Of a stretch of DNA of 64,000 nucleotides, positions 18,005-27,984 are shown piece by piece. Position numbers and translations under genes: made by a program. The stretch lies in the IMG/VR virus record IMGVR_UViG_3300008259_000057, positions 4,572 to 68,571 of that record. One strand, 5' to 3'. Under the pieces are notes generated by a model, which saw only the letters and a program-made list of their open reading frames with translations, did no database searches and was not told the DNA's origin. The number at the start of each line of letters is the position of its first letter. The stretch's first letter is position 1. The stretch is from a virus.

Positions 18005-19117
18005 TTAAACATAATCACGCTTCATTGCGTCTAGTCCGTTTCCTTCGGAATACCAGCCTTTGCCTGTATAGACATCAAGGACATCCTCGAAATACTTCTC
18101 ATACATCGGGGCTACCTTCTCTAGCGTGAAGTTCTCTCCGAACTTGCGGCAGTCGGCGGGTTTGATCTGGTCAATATTTTTGATCGCATCTACGAAGTCT
18201 CCCATAGTCCGGCAGCGATAACCTGTCTTCCCGTGGATATTGTTCTCCGCGAAGCTGCCCCAGTCAGTCGTTATTGTTGGTGTTCCAGACAGGAGGTTCT
18301 CGATCTGCACTCCTCCAAACGGCTCGACATACATACTCGGCAGGAAACTAGCCTTGGCTTTCGACATAAGACGCTTGCGAGTCTCGACATCTGCGTATCC
18401 GATATACTCTACATGATCCGGCAGCTTGTAGCCCTCTTCTTTCTGTCCTGCGATAATTAGCTTAACGCCAGCAATTTCCGTAGCTTGGATAGCAACATTA
18501 ACTCCCTTGCCGTTATAGACTCGCCCCATATACAGGAAGTAGTCTTCTTTGTCTGCGGAATATGTAAAATCTTCTGGATCGAAATAGTTAGGAATAACTA
18601 CATCATACCAGTCTTGGCGGCATTGTCCTACATTCTGCAACCCACAGAAGGCGTGATAGATCGCATAGGACTCAAATACTTTCCACCTAGCCCAGTGTCC
18701 ACCTGCGTATCCGATACCCGGCTCTACGACGATCATATCAGGATGAGCATCGCATATCGGTCTTACTCCGCTACCCCAGAATGGGAGTAGGAAATCGTTC
18801 TTCTGCTTACGCTTACCGATCTCACGGATAGCGTTCTTATAGAATGTTTGATACGCATCATCCTGTGTATTGTATGTAAAGAACTTACTGCGCCAGTCGT
18901 GCGTTCCATACACTCGCATGAAGTCGTCATTCGTGAGGACCGATACATGTTCTGTGCAGGGAAGGTCGCTATCTTCGTGTCCGTAGTGGATTACTGTATG
19001 TCCACGCTCGGTCATCATCTTCCCGAACTTCACCACTTTTTGTGAGTAAGCGCACGCGTTGAACACTTTACTACTAACTGTGTGAGGTAATCCTAAAATA
19101 TGGTATGTGTGTTTCAT
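18005..19117 (-). CDS. glycosyltransferase family 4 (GT-B)
   Basis: LYMGRV..GKG, EPFGGVQIE, GTPTITTDWG; likely start MKHTYH. Confidence 0.85.
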   Translation of the reverse strand: MKHTYHILGLPHTVSSKVFNACAYSQKVVKFGKMMTERGHTVIHYGHEDSDLPCTEHVSVLTNDDFMRVYGTHDWRSKFFTYNTQDDAYQTFYKNAIREIGKRKQKNDFLLPFWGSGVRPICDAHPDMIVVEPGIGYAGGHWARWKVFESYAIYHAFCGLQNVGQCRQDWYDVVIPNYFDPEDFTYSADKEDYFLYMGRVYNGKGVNVAIQATEIAGVKLIIAGQKEEGYKLPDHVEYIGYADVETRKRLMSKAKASFLPSMYVEPFGGVQIENLLSGTPTITTDWGSFAENNIHGKTGYRCRTMGDFVDAIKNIDQIKPADCRKFGENFTLEKVAPMYEKYFEDVLDVYTGKGWYSEGNGLDAMKRDYV

Positions 19118-19119
19118 AA

Positions 19120-19533
19120 TTATTTCCAGTCTGGAACTACTGATTTCAGTTTTGCTAATGTGCAATTGTCTCCGTCTGCTAGGTGACGATTCTCTTCTAG
19201 TGTGAGGATTATGGCTTGCGTCACATCCATAAGCCTGCATTGAGTCTGGATTAGTTCTGCGTGGGTGCGATGGTGAAACTTTTTTTCTTCCTCCAAATCC
19301 TCCAATGCCTCGTCGCGTTCACTTCTTGCTTTATTAAATAGTTGATCTTGAACCTTGTAAAGACCCCGCCGAAATTCCAAATCCTCCCGCGCCTCGTCGC
19401 GCTCGCGTTCAAGTTTCTCGCATTTCACTGTTAGCGTAGCTGCCAGCCGAGTCATCGGGTGATCTGCGGTAGCTGCGTTTCGGACGATTGCATCCGTCTC
19501 TGGTGTTGGTCGCTCGCTCATTTCTTCTTCCAA
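19120..19533 (-). CDS. hypothetical protein (TPETD...LERERDEAR family)
   Basis: PTPETD...LERERDEAR coiled coil. Confidence 0.6.
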   Translation of the reverse strand: MEEEMSERPTPETDAIVRNAATADHPMTRLAATLTVKCEKLERERDEAREDLEFRRGLYKVQDQLFNKARSERDEALEDLEEEKKFHHRTHAELIQTQCRLMDVTQAIILTLEENRHLADGDNCTLAKLKSVVPDWK

Positions 19534-19664
19534 TCTATTTGGTCGTAGTTATCCCAATACTTCTTCGTAATAGGGCGAGGTCTATCGCCCTTCCCTGCTC
19601 CGGTGGTTTGCGACTTCACGCTTTGAATGCGAGCAGCCCTATCTTCTGCGTTCTTTAGTTTCAT
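19518..19664 (-). CDS. small phage protein
   Basis: GAGKGDRPRP...YWDNYDQIDW; below ORF-track cutoff. Confidence 0.55.
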   Translation of the reverse strand: MKLKNAEDRAARIQSVKSQTTGAGKGDRPRPITKKYWDNYDQIDWKKK

Positions 19665-19745
19665 AGGATTGTTATTGTATTCCTTCTCGGTAATATCGCC
19701 AGCCTTTTTTTACTATTCCTGATAATTATTACCGATCAGTAAATT

Positions 19746-20980
19746 TTATTGTTGAACAATTCTCTGCTCAAACCTCGCTTGATGCTTGATAAACTTCATC
19801 GGTATGGAAATCGCGGCGCCATGCCTGTTGTGCGTAATCTGCATCAAGTAGTCTTCTGGATTCTTCGACTCTTCGTCTTGAATGATTCGCGTGAAGGAAT
19901 CGCAGTCCATGTAGAATGTCCTCGATTCACGGACGGCTCCCTGCTCGTTTAGCTGCGCGAGAAGGACGATGCAGACATTCAGTTCCTTTGCGACGATCTT
20001 CGCTGTTCTGGATACCTCTGCTACCTCACGCTCGCGGTTCTTGGGATCGCTGCCTTCCATTAGCTGGGCATAGTCCACCATGATGATCTCGACCTTATGC
20101 TCGGCGACTAGCCTCCTGCACCTAGCACGGAATTGGTTCACATTCATGCAAGCCTCGTCAACGATGTGGATCGGACGATTCATAGTCTCAGATATAGCTT
20201 TTGAAAGTCTCATGTGATCCTCCTTACGCAGCTTGCCGTCTAGCAGGTCTGAGAGAGCTATGTTTGAGATGCAGGCGATATGCTTGTCCATGATCTCCTC
20301 GGCGGACATCTCCATCGAAATGATAGCAACAGGAACATTGCTTTGAATGACTGGATTCGTCACCATCTGCAACGCAGAGGTTGTCTTTCCTGCCTTCGCA
20401 GCACCAGCGATTACATGCAGCGTCTTGGGCCTAAAAGCCCGTGTAGCCTTGTCCCACTTGCTTATGCCTGATGGATGCCCTCGGTTGATCTCTCCGTTCG
20501 TTCTAGCGGCATCCTCCCACCGAGAACATCGGTCTTGGTGGATACCATTCCGGTGATCTCTTTGCTAGCTGTTTCCTGTAGAGTTTCTGGATCAATCGTC
20601 CTGTCGAACGCATCCACAAAAATCTGCTTGCAGGTTAGAAGAATCCTCCTGCGGATCATCACATCTTCCATAGTCTGGAGATAGACATCCCAGTTGGCGG
20701 ATGTAGGAACAACCGTGTATATCTCGGTGATCCCTTGCTCTCCGCCTGCTTCTTCCAGCAGACCCTTATTCCGCAACTCGCAGGTTAGCGTCAGAAGGTC
20801 GATGGCTTTTTTTTCATACCACATATCCACAATCGTCTGCCAAATGTGCTTGTTGGCGTCGAAGTGGAAGTGGTCCTTGTTCACGCGATCAACTGTTTTA
20901 GAGATGATCTTGTTGCTGTTCATTGCAGAGCAAAGGAATCCTTGCTCCGCATTTATATCATGCGGTAGTTCACGCTTCAT
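19746..20980 (-). CDS. dnaB: replicative DnaB helicase, split by a frameshift near 20520
   Basis: N-domain LPHDINAEQ..IDLLTL; in another frame Walker A GAAKAGKTT, SMEM, VDYAQL, LAQLN. Confidence 0.85.
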
Positions 20981-20991
20981 AGGCAGCGTCG

Positions 20992-21019
20992 ATTTTATGT
21001 AGGAACGCTAGCCCGTCAA
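20992..21019 (-). promoter_or_regulatory. sigma70-type promoter for dnaB
   Basis: TTGACG-16 nt-TAAAAT, 11 nt before ATG. Confidence 0.6.
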
Positions 21020-21021
21020 TA

Positions 21022-21267
21022 CTATTTTCGCATTCCGAAAAGATTTAGTAGTTCATCTATTGAACTAGAGCTGCTGGGTGGAGGAATGTAATCGTCTTCC
21101 TCGACATCCGGCTCTTGATTGAATCCCTGTTTATAGCCTTCGTCGTAGGTAGTGTTGAAGAACTTTCTAAACCCCGAAGCAGTAAGCGTCACCTTTCCGT
21201 TTTCCAGTTGTTCGCGTAGTGCTGGATTCTTGGACAGGTAGTAAGCAAACAATTTGTCTTTACACAT
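21022..21267 (-). CDS. hypothetical protein
   Basis: 81-aa ORF. Confidence 0.5.
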   Translation of the reverse strand: MCKDKLFAYYLSKNPALREQLENGKVTLTASGFRKFFNTTYDEGYKQGFNQEPDVEEDDYIPPPSSSSSIDELLNLFGMRK

Positions 21268-21296
21268 AAAAAAGAGTATTTATATTAAGCACATAC

Positions 21297-21449
21297 ATGA
21301 AAAAATACAACTCATTAAAATCATTTTACGATCAGCCGAAAGACGGCAAGAAGATCACGAAAGAGCAACAGCAGGCTCGCAAGGGTTTTACGAAGAATCG
21401 TGAGACTGGAAAAGTTACTGGAAAGCAACTCGGCAAACTAAATTACTGA
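21297..21449 (+). CDS. small basic hypothetical protein
   Basis: 50-aa ORF MKKYNSLKSF..., coupled to 21451. Confidence 0.5.
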   Translation: MKKYNSLKSFYDQPKDGKKITKEQQQARKGFTKNRETGKVTGKQLGKLNY

Positions 21450-21450
21450 T

Positions 21451-21831
21451 ATGGCTAAAATCGGACAATACAACTGGAGTCCTCGTCAGATGGAGCGCAT
21501 CAACGCTCGTCGTGAAGCTAGAGGTCGTGAATCTTTGGTGAATCTAAAGAATATCAAGACTGAGGAAGATTTGCAGAAGGCTCAGAATTTGGTTGCTAGC
21601 TCTAAGGACACGCGCAAGCCAGTCACTATGCAGGCTAAAGCTGGAGTCACCGACATGGAAAAAGAAGCTGAAGAGCGCACTAGAAAGTTTAGAGAGAAGT
21701 TTAAGCCTAAAGGTTCGATGGCTGCTGAGTATGGATACAAGAGCAGTTTTCCTACACCGATCAGTAAGGGACTCCGCGAGACTGCTGGTAAGCCTCTTAT
21801 TCGGAAATCGTGGGATGAGATGAATACTTGA
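21451..21831 (+). CDS. hypothetical basic protein
   Basis: 126-aa ORF. Confidence 0.55.
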   Translation: MAKIGQYNWSPRQMERINARREARGRESLVNLKNIKTEEDLQKAQNLVASSKDTRKPVTMQAKAGVTDMEKEAEERTRKFREKFKPKGSMAAEYGYKSSFPTPISKGLRETAGKPLIRKSWDEMNT

Positions 21832-22210
21832 TTAGGTTTATCCCAAACCTGTCAGCTATCTCAATCGCAGTATCGTCGTGAGCATAATGTTCCCGATACA
21901 CAACTTCAGTTATACCGTAGGCTGAAATCATTCTTAAGCAGTTCCCGCAAGGGAGCAATGTGCAGGCTAGTAGTCTGCATTCGTTTGGCCTGACATACCG
22001 CAGCGCATTCTGTTCTGCGTGAATAACGAACTTCCTGCGTTCATCTCTACTTGACCAGTATTCGTCAACATTAGGAGGAAAGCCGTTGTAGCCTACCGAG
22101 GCAACTGAGTTGTCGTGTCGCAGCAATACGCAGCCAACCTTCTTCCACGGGTCTTTAGACTTCCGTGCTACTACTTCAGCGATGCTTAACGCATATTCGT
22201 TCCAGTTCAT
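21797..22210 (-). CDS. dCMP deaminase
   Basis: SKDP..KVG, GYNG, HAEQNA, PC.NC. Confidence 0.9.
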   Translation of the reverse strand: MNWNEYALSIAEVVARKSKDPWKKVGCVLLRHDNSVASVGYNGFPPNVDEYWSSRDERRKFVIHAEQNALRYVRPNECRLLACTLLPCGNCLRMISAYGITEVVYREHYAHDDTAIEIADRFGINLIKYSSHPTISE

Positions 22211-22218
22211 ATCGTATA

Positions 22219-22548
22219 TTACTTGAAATATCCCTTTTTTAATTTGCTGTGAATAGCTGGCATTTTCTTAACCCCATTAGTTAAAGGGGTCCAGTTTTGA
22301 TATTTCTCAACCATTCTTCTAACTTCATCTTCATTTAATGAAAACCATTCACCAGACTGATGTCTTGATATGCAAAATGAATGAAGGCATCTCTCCTTCA
22401 GCTTGCTCCCATCCATCTTTGCCTCAATTCTCAACTTAAATGGACATGATCCTTTTAGAGATTTAAGTCTTACATCTAATGTTTTATTGCTCTTGCTAAA
22501 TCCTATTTTAACAAAATTACTTCCAACTGCTCTTATCACATAAATCAT
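22219..22548 (-). CDS. T5orf172/GIY-YIG-like nuclease-domain protein
   Basis: IYVI..VKIGFS..RL..L...E..LH...GEWF. Confidence 0.75.
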   Translation of the reverse strand: MIYVIRAVGSNFVKIGFSKSNKTLDVRLKSLKGSCPFKLRIEAKMDGSKLKERCLHSFCISRHQSGEWFSLNEDEVRRMVEKYQNWTPLTNGVKKMPAIHSKLKKGYFK

Positions 22549-22624
22549 AAAAATCCTTTCTAAATAAAAAACACAATTTGTGGTTCTTTATTACGGTTCT
22601 TTATTACGGTTCATATTAGATGGG

Positions 22625-22697
22625 GTGAACGGGTTCACCCCTACCTACCAGTGAACGCATTCACCCCTACCATACCGTGAACGGGTTCACCCCTACC
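22625..22697. repeat. three 26-bp-period palindromic repeats plus 12-bp tandem AT-rich repeats (origin-like)
   Basis: GGTAGGG-GTGAAC-N2-GTTCAC x3 on the minus strand, followed by (GAACCGTAATAAA)x2. Confidence 0.7.
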
Positions 22698-23035
22698 CCA
22701 TCATGCTTCTTGCTTTTAGGTATGACGGAATACAGGATTTTTTTACTCAATTTATCAGCCCCAAGTTGCTCTATATTTATATTGTAGATGTTTGAAGTTC
22801 GCCTTCCCTTGCGATCAAATCTTTCTTCAATTTCAATTAGGCCGATAGCCTCAAAGGCATGAAGATATTTCTTTGCTGTCTGTTCAGATACTTTGGACAT
22901 CTTGGCTATCCTTTTTATCGAAGGCCAACAAGCCCCGTCGTCGCTGGCGCAATCAGCTAACGCAATCAACACCAATCTAGCATTACCGCTAGTTTCGCTT
23001 TTCTCGAAAACTTCCGAGAGGATTCTTACACTCAT
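22667..23035 (-). CDS. HTH replication-initiator-like protein
   Basis: ARLVLIALAD.A.DDG.CWPS...IA....SE.T....L...E..GLI...SNIY. Confidence 0.75.
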   Translation of the reverse strand: MSVRILSEVFEKSETSGNARLVLIALADCASDDGACWPSIKRIAKMSKVSEQTAKKYLHAFEAIGLIEIEERFDRKGRRTSNIYNINIEQLGADKLSKKILYSVIPKSKKHDGVGVNPFTVW

Positions 23036-23047
23036 AACAATAAATAA

Positions 23048-23222
23048 ACCCCTCTGTTGGCGCATCTGGAGGTATAGAGAGTTTAAGCAAACAACGAGTG
23101 TTGCTCCAGAATACGCCAAAAGAAGGGTCTTGTTTATTATTCATTGTTGTTTGCTTTTATTTAACTCAAGGCTCTCTAGTTCCTCGATAGGACAACAATA
23201 TGCTACAGCATTCATATGTCAA
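23048..23222 (-). ncRNA. promoter plus C4-like structured leader
   Basis: TTGACA-16-TATTGT; hairpin loop TAGAGAG complementary to CTCTCTA (23075-23081) in a long downstream stem-loop. Confidence 0.5.
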
Positions 23223-23236
23223 GCCTGTATAAAATC

Positions 23237-23293
23237 AAAAACCCGTCTCAATAGGTTAGTATCAAGACGGGCATTTCGGGCGGGTGAAAGATG
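23237..23293 (-). ncRNA. candidate small RNA (~55-60 nt)
   Basis: TTGACG-16-TATTGT promoter (23299-23326) followed directly by terminator CCCGTCTTGATA/TATTGAGACGGG-TTTTT. Confidence 0.5.
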
Positions 23294-23383
23294 AAAATAC
23301 AATACACTATTTTCAACAAGCGTCAAGTGATTTGAAAGAAAAACTGCCTTGAATTTCTTTCAATATTGTTCAACAATAACTCG

Positions 23384-24250
23384 GTGAACGCATTTCATTC
23401 CGGTTGCATCGGAGATATTATCTACTCCATTCCTACGATGAAGGCATTAGGTGTAACGAACCTTTATGTCGATGATCGTCCGTGGACAAAGCCAATCGTG
23501 CATCGTATTGACGCATTCAAAAGGCTGATCGAATCGCAGGGAATCGAGGTCAAGAAGCATGAAGACGAAAATATCGACTTCGATTTGTCCACCTACCGCA
23601 ACGGGGGAATGATCTACGGTGACACTATCGCTAACCGAGTAGCAAGATGGATTGGAGTTAAGATCGACTTGTCCAAACCTTGGATGCAGATTGACGAGAA
23701 GAATCCAGCAACGAAAGGCAAGATCGTCGTAAGCCGTGGTGCTAGGTGGCACGGAGAGTTCTTTCCGTGGAACAGGCTAACTAGCGAGCTAGGTCACAAG
23801 ATGGTATTCGTTGGACTACCGGAGGAGCATCAGGACTTCTGTTCGCTATTCGGGAATATCGAATATTTGCCCACAATCGACCTATACGATGTCGCAACAG
23901 CTATTGCGGGTGCTGACCTATTCATAGGCAATCAAAGCTCGCCTAACGCCATTGCAAACGGAATACACAAGGAATCTATTATCGAGACTTGCCTATATGC
24001 CTTTGACTGCATCTACGACAGACCGAATACAACATTCTGCCACGATGGGATACTAAAGGTTAGATTTGACGGAATGACGGTTATCTCGGACAATCCTTCG
24101 CCAAAACACGGTTGGAAAATCGACATCTTTGGAAGAACGCTAAAGGCTCAAGACAGGCATATTTGTATTGCATTAGCTAGAGCGGATTGCTATCTTCGTG
24201 GAATTTACTACAATGTTGATCAGCTGACAGAACTTGCGGAGAAATACTAA
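23384..24250 (+). CDS. GT9 (heptosyltransferase)-like glycosyltransferase
   Basis: HSGCIGDIIYSIP, FVGLPEE, IAGADLFIGNQS. Confidence 0.7.
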   Translation: MNAFHSGCIGDIIYSIPTMKALGVTNLYVDDRPWTKPIVHRIDAFKRLIESQGIEVKKHEDENIDFDLSTYRNGGMIYGDTIANRVARWIGVKIDLSKPWMQIDEKNPATKGKIVVSRGARWHGEFFPWNRLTSELGHKMVFVGLPEEHQDFCSLFGNIEYLPTIDLYDVATAIAGADLFIGNQSSPNAIANGIHKESIIETCLYAFDCIYDRPNTTFCHDGILKVRFDGMTVISDNPSPKHGWKIDIFGRTLKAQDRHICIALARADCYLRGIYYNVDQLTELAEKY

Positions 24251-24664
24251 ATGGCTAACATCGCAATAAAGAATGGTAATGTTATATTGAAGGGTGGATT
24301 GGTTAGTTGCACTTGCTGCGCGGCTGGACCATGTCCTTCTTTCTCTAATCTCTGCGTTAATGGATTGCCATTGTTTGGTCCTACATATAGCGAAAATAAC
24401 GGAGGAGTATGCACTTGGCAAACAGATAGCACCCAATGCTTGGATAATATTTTCACATGCTATGGGCTAAGTTATTATTTTACATTCCCTGATCCAAGTG
24501 TTGGTTGCGTTGGATCAGGATGGATTATTGTCTTTTTTGCAGACATGGGTGGAGGCGTTATCTCTGCTGCTGGAGCATATAAATGTGGCGACGATCCCTA
24601 TGGAACTTATACGCTATTCCCCGGATCACCCGGACTAGCTCCAACAATAAGCTCTTGTTCGTAA
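24251..24664 (+). CDS. Cys-rich hypothetical protein
   Basis: VSCTCC N-terminus, multiple Cys. Confidence 0.55.
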   Translation: MANIAIKNGNVILKGGLVSCTCCAAGPCPSFSNLCVNGLPLFGPTYSENNGGVCTWQTDSTQCLDNIFTCYGLSYYFTFPDPSVGCVGSGWIIVFFADMGGGVISAAGAYKCGDDPYGTYTLFPGSPGLAPTISSCS

Positions 24665-24930
24665 TGAATCCAAGCATCCACGCCACAGCAATAGAAAGAA
24701 TGCGTATGCTCTCAGAGGCGGCTAGTAAATTTATTGGTTCTGGATTCAAATTACCAACATCAGAAATTTTAATGGAACGAGAATCTATTTGCCGTGCCTG
24801 CGATCAATGGGATGCACAAGCAATTAATGGAACTGGTCGCTGCAAGAAATGCGGATGCAGCACATGGGCTAAATTACGCATGGCAACAGAAAGATGCCCC
24901 CTCGGAAAGTGGGAAGCTGTTAGCGTTTAG
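24664..24930 (+). CDS. Cys-rich Zn-binding protein
   Basis: R.SIC.AC...C.KCGC...K...ATE.CP.GKW. Confidence 0.7.
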   Translation: MNPSIHATAIERMRMLSEAASKFIGSGFKLPTSEILMERESICRACDQWDAQAINGTGRCKKCGCSTWAKLRMATERCPLGKWEAVSV

Positions 24931-24990
24931 GAAGGCAAGCAGTAGATTATTGTTGAACAACAGTATTGATAATAATATAGTTCCCGATTT

Positions 24991-27075
24991 ATGCAGCCGA
25001 TCAAGACAACAAACGCTATGAACCCCGCGCCAGCAAAGGGGATCGAATCATTTCCAACTCCGGTAATAGATGATGTTGTTATCTCGGAGATCGTCAATTC
25101 GTGGAAGGGAGATTACCAACCGCTGGAATACGGAACGCTGTGGAAAGATGTTCCTCACGCACCGAATCAAGGCAGCTTCCCAGAGCATAAGCTAGTTTAC
25201 CAGCAACCGACCAGCGAAGACGGACAATGGATAAAGCGTATCTGGGTTAATGATCGTGTAAATCAGGACAGCTACAACTACGCAATTAAGTATAGCGCAG
25301 GATCGCAGGATCACCCGATATACATCAGGACATATATTGTTCCACGCGAAGGATACGCTCCACTGCCAGACGGAACGCCTGATCCGCTATTCCCGACAGC
25401 GGTATTGGTTGATGAGGAGGTTACTCGAAACGAAGGCGAGTTAGATTCTAAATACATCACCGTAACACGAGTCTACGAGACGCTTCCCGGTCCAGCGGTT
25501 CCTACGAGACGCTACAACGAACGAGGAGACTTGGAGACTGTAATCGTTCAGACTGTTCCTCCCAATACTCCTCCGACCGCAGACGGCTTGCTTGTTACTC
25601 AATCGCAAGTAGAGCAAGTAGAGACAGGTAAGGGCGTAAAGACAACTGCAACTGTTACAGATCATGCACTGCTTCAGATTAAAGAAAAGAAAGAAGGGTT
25701 GCTTGGGGAGACGATCACGACCGACGACATCGTTGATCCATCTACAAATCCAGATGCTTTATCTCAAACCGTAGTCGCATCTACTGTTGAACAATACACG
25801 GCAACAAAAGCAAGGAAGCGGACAACTACCGCCAGCGGGCCAACAAGCCTCAGTCAAAAGAGTAAAGATGGGAAATTACTTGGAGATACTACAGCAACAG
25901 AAAGCATTGTAGCGCCAAGCACTAATCCAGATGCAGTAAGCTCTACAATTCTTGCAAGCGAAGTAAAACAGGTTGATTCCGGTAAGGCTATCAAACGGAA
26001 TGTTGTTCTTAACAGCACTCCTACGCTTTCGGGCGGGCAGACCGGAGAGGGATTACTTGGAACCAAAACCACCACTGAATCTATTGTCGCCGCAGGAACA
26101 GCGCCAGATGGTGTATCGCTTACTGTTATATCTTCGCAAGTAGAGCCTATTGATTCTGTAAGAAGCAGGAAAGCAACCATTGAATCTAGTGGACCAACAT
26201 CCTTGCAAGCTACATCGCTTGTAGATAGTGCCGTTGGTCAAGTTCCAGCAACGGTATCTCAAAGCATTGTTACTCCAAGCACAACTCCCGCTGGAGGGAA
26301 ATTTGTATTGCAGGATCAAATCAGTTCAATTGACGAAGCGAAAGCAAGAAGAGAAACGGTTACTGTTTCATCATATCCAAATCTAACAACATACGATTTG
26401 GACGAACAGCTTAATGTCGTAGTAATAAACGAGAGAACTGTAATAGATCACAACACGCCGTATGTTGCCCCACCGCTCGTTTTAACATCAAACGACAGGC
26501 CGATTGACCAATGGAAGACGCTTAGAATCACAAGCAGGATGGCGAATCTTCCGCCAACTAGAACTGAATATAAAACTCAGCAATTTACATTTCCAGCAAT
26601 TCTTGACAATGTTATTCCTAACTCATTAAATCTTGGATTTGGAAGAGTGCCGATTAATGACACGGAAAGTTCTTTCGAGACTGGAATAAATCAATATGCT
26701 TCAGTTCAACCAGTATTAAGACCAGCATTAAGCATTCCAACTCAAATTAAAATTGTCACAACATTTTATTCTTCACAGCCAACTCCTGATGCAATTTTTC
26801 AAATAACAACTCAAAATGTATCATTTAACGGATCGTTAATTTCATTTAACTTTGGAGATGTCATATTAAATGCCCTAACAGTTGGTCCATTTGTCGCAAG
26901 CGATGATGATATGAGATATTCTGGATTAAGTGAATCTATTTCATTTCCAGCATCTATTCCAAATAGAACAACATACAACTCACTTATTGGAACAGAGGTT
27001 GTTACATTTTCTGATGTTGAATATTATAGAGCGGGAATTTGGTTTAAGAGAACTGGATATGTTACATTGAGATGA
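24991..27075 (+). CDS. putative virion structural protein with internal repeats
   Basis: 694 aa, Thr/Ser/Val-rich, repeated LLG.T.TT.SIV...PD units. Confidence 0.6.
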   Translation: MQPIKTTNAMNPAPAKGIESFPTPVIDDVVISEIVNSWKGDYQPLEYGTLWKDVPHAPNQGSFPEHKLVYQQPTSEDGQWIKRIWVNDRVNQDSYNYAIKYSAGSQDHPIYIRTYIVPREGYAPLPDGTPDPLFPTAVLVDEEVTRNEGELDSKYITVTRVYETLPGPAVPTRRYNERGDLETVIVQTVPPNTPPTADGLLVTQSQVEQVETGKGVKTTATVTDHALLQIKEKKEGLLGETITTDDIVDPSTNPDALSQTVVASTVEQYTATKARKRTTTASGPTSLSQKSKDGKLLGDTTATESIVAPSTNPDAVSSTILASEVKQVDSGKAIKRNVVLNSTPTLSGGQTGEGLLGTKTTTESIVAAGTAPDGVSLTVISSQVEPIDSVRSRKATIESSGPTSLQATSLVDSAVGQVPATVSQSIVTPSTTPAGGKFVLQDQISSIDEAKARRETVTVSSYPNLTTYDLDEQLNVVVINERTVIDHNTPYVAPPLVLTSNDRPIDQWKTLRITSRMANLPPTRTEYKTQQFTFPAILDNVIPNSLNLGFGRVPINDTESSFETGINQYASVQPVLRPALSIPTQIKIVTTFYSSQPTPDAIFQITTQNVSFNGSLISFNFGDVILNALTVGPFVASDDDMRYSGLSESISFPASIPNRTTYNSLIGTEVVTFSDVEYYRAGIWFKRTGYVTLR

Positions 27076-27560
27076 TAGACGATTATCAATATCAACCACA
27101 GCCATTACCTCCCAAGAATGAGGGGCTGTTTGGATATGGAGGAAAACCAAACGAAGGCTCTCGCGGATTTCAAGGAGATATAGTCGATTACGGTGGAACT
27201 GGTGGTGGTGGAGGTTTAGGGCAAGAAGGGCAACAGGGACCACAGGGACCACAGGGACCACAGGGACCACCGGGAACACTCGTAAATGGTGTTCAGGGTG
27301 ACATGCTTTACCATAATGGAACAGACTGGGTTACATTTTCAAAGCCATTATCAGACGGCATATTAACAATCACAGCAGGAGTTCCAAGCTGGATTGTTGC
27401 AAGCACTAAATCTTTAATATTCTATGATCCATCTCTTGCAAATTGGTCAACATTGGGCGCTCCAGCAAACACCGGAACATTTGTTCTTGGTTATGTTGAT
27501 GGAGTTTTAGAATGGATGCAAACCACAGATTGCGGAGCGACAGGAGCAACTGGCCCTTAA
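27072..27560 (+). CDS. collagen-like virion protein
   Basis: (GPQ)n repeats. Confidence 0.65.
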   Translation: MIDDYQYQPQPLPPKNEGLFGYGGKPNEGSRGFQGDIVDYGGTGGGGGLGQEGQQGPQGPQGPQGPPGTLVNGVQGDMLYHNGTDWVTFSKPLSDGILTITAGVPSWIVASTKSLIFYDPSLANWSTLGAPANTGTFVLGYVDGVLEWMQTTDCGATGATGP

Positions 27561-27618
27561 AGCACAGAAACATTTTATTATTTACTTTTCCAGCTTAACA
27601 TATAAATATAACTAAATT

Positions 27619-27984
27619 ATGGCAACCACACCAGCAACATCAATAGGGTCATCATATCAAAGACTAGGGGGATCAACTACTGTAATCAAGCAGGGAGCAG
27701 CAGGGCCAGCATTAAGTGCATCTACTAGACAACGCTTAGACCTTGCTGAACAACGCAAGCTAGAAGAGGAGAAGGCGGCTGCAGATCGCAGAAAGCTGTC
27801 AGCAATGACCCCGTATGAATTGGCAGAGGAAATGGGAAAAAGGTATCAAGAGCAGCAGACAAGAAGCAATGAGGCATTGCAGAGAATGGCCGCTTCTCGC
27901 GGAGGAGCAACACCGCATTTCAGACCAACACCTAGTGCGAATATGTCTGGGTCAAACTTCAATCCGTTACTTCGATTAAAATAA
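27619..27984 (+). CDS. hypothetical protein
   Basis: 121-aa ORF. Confidence 0.55.
   Translation: MATTPATSIGSSYQRLGGSTTVIKQGAAGPALSASTRQRLDLAEQRKLEEEKAAADRRKLSAMTPYELAEEMGKRYQEQQTRSNEALQRMAASRGGATPHFRPTPSANMSGSNFNPLLRLK

Noticed and set aside
20500-20570. Programmed -1 frameshift in dnaB
   Set aside because: No X XXY YYZ slippery site in the overlap; looks like a deletion
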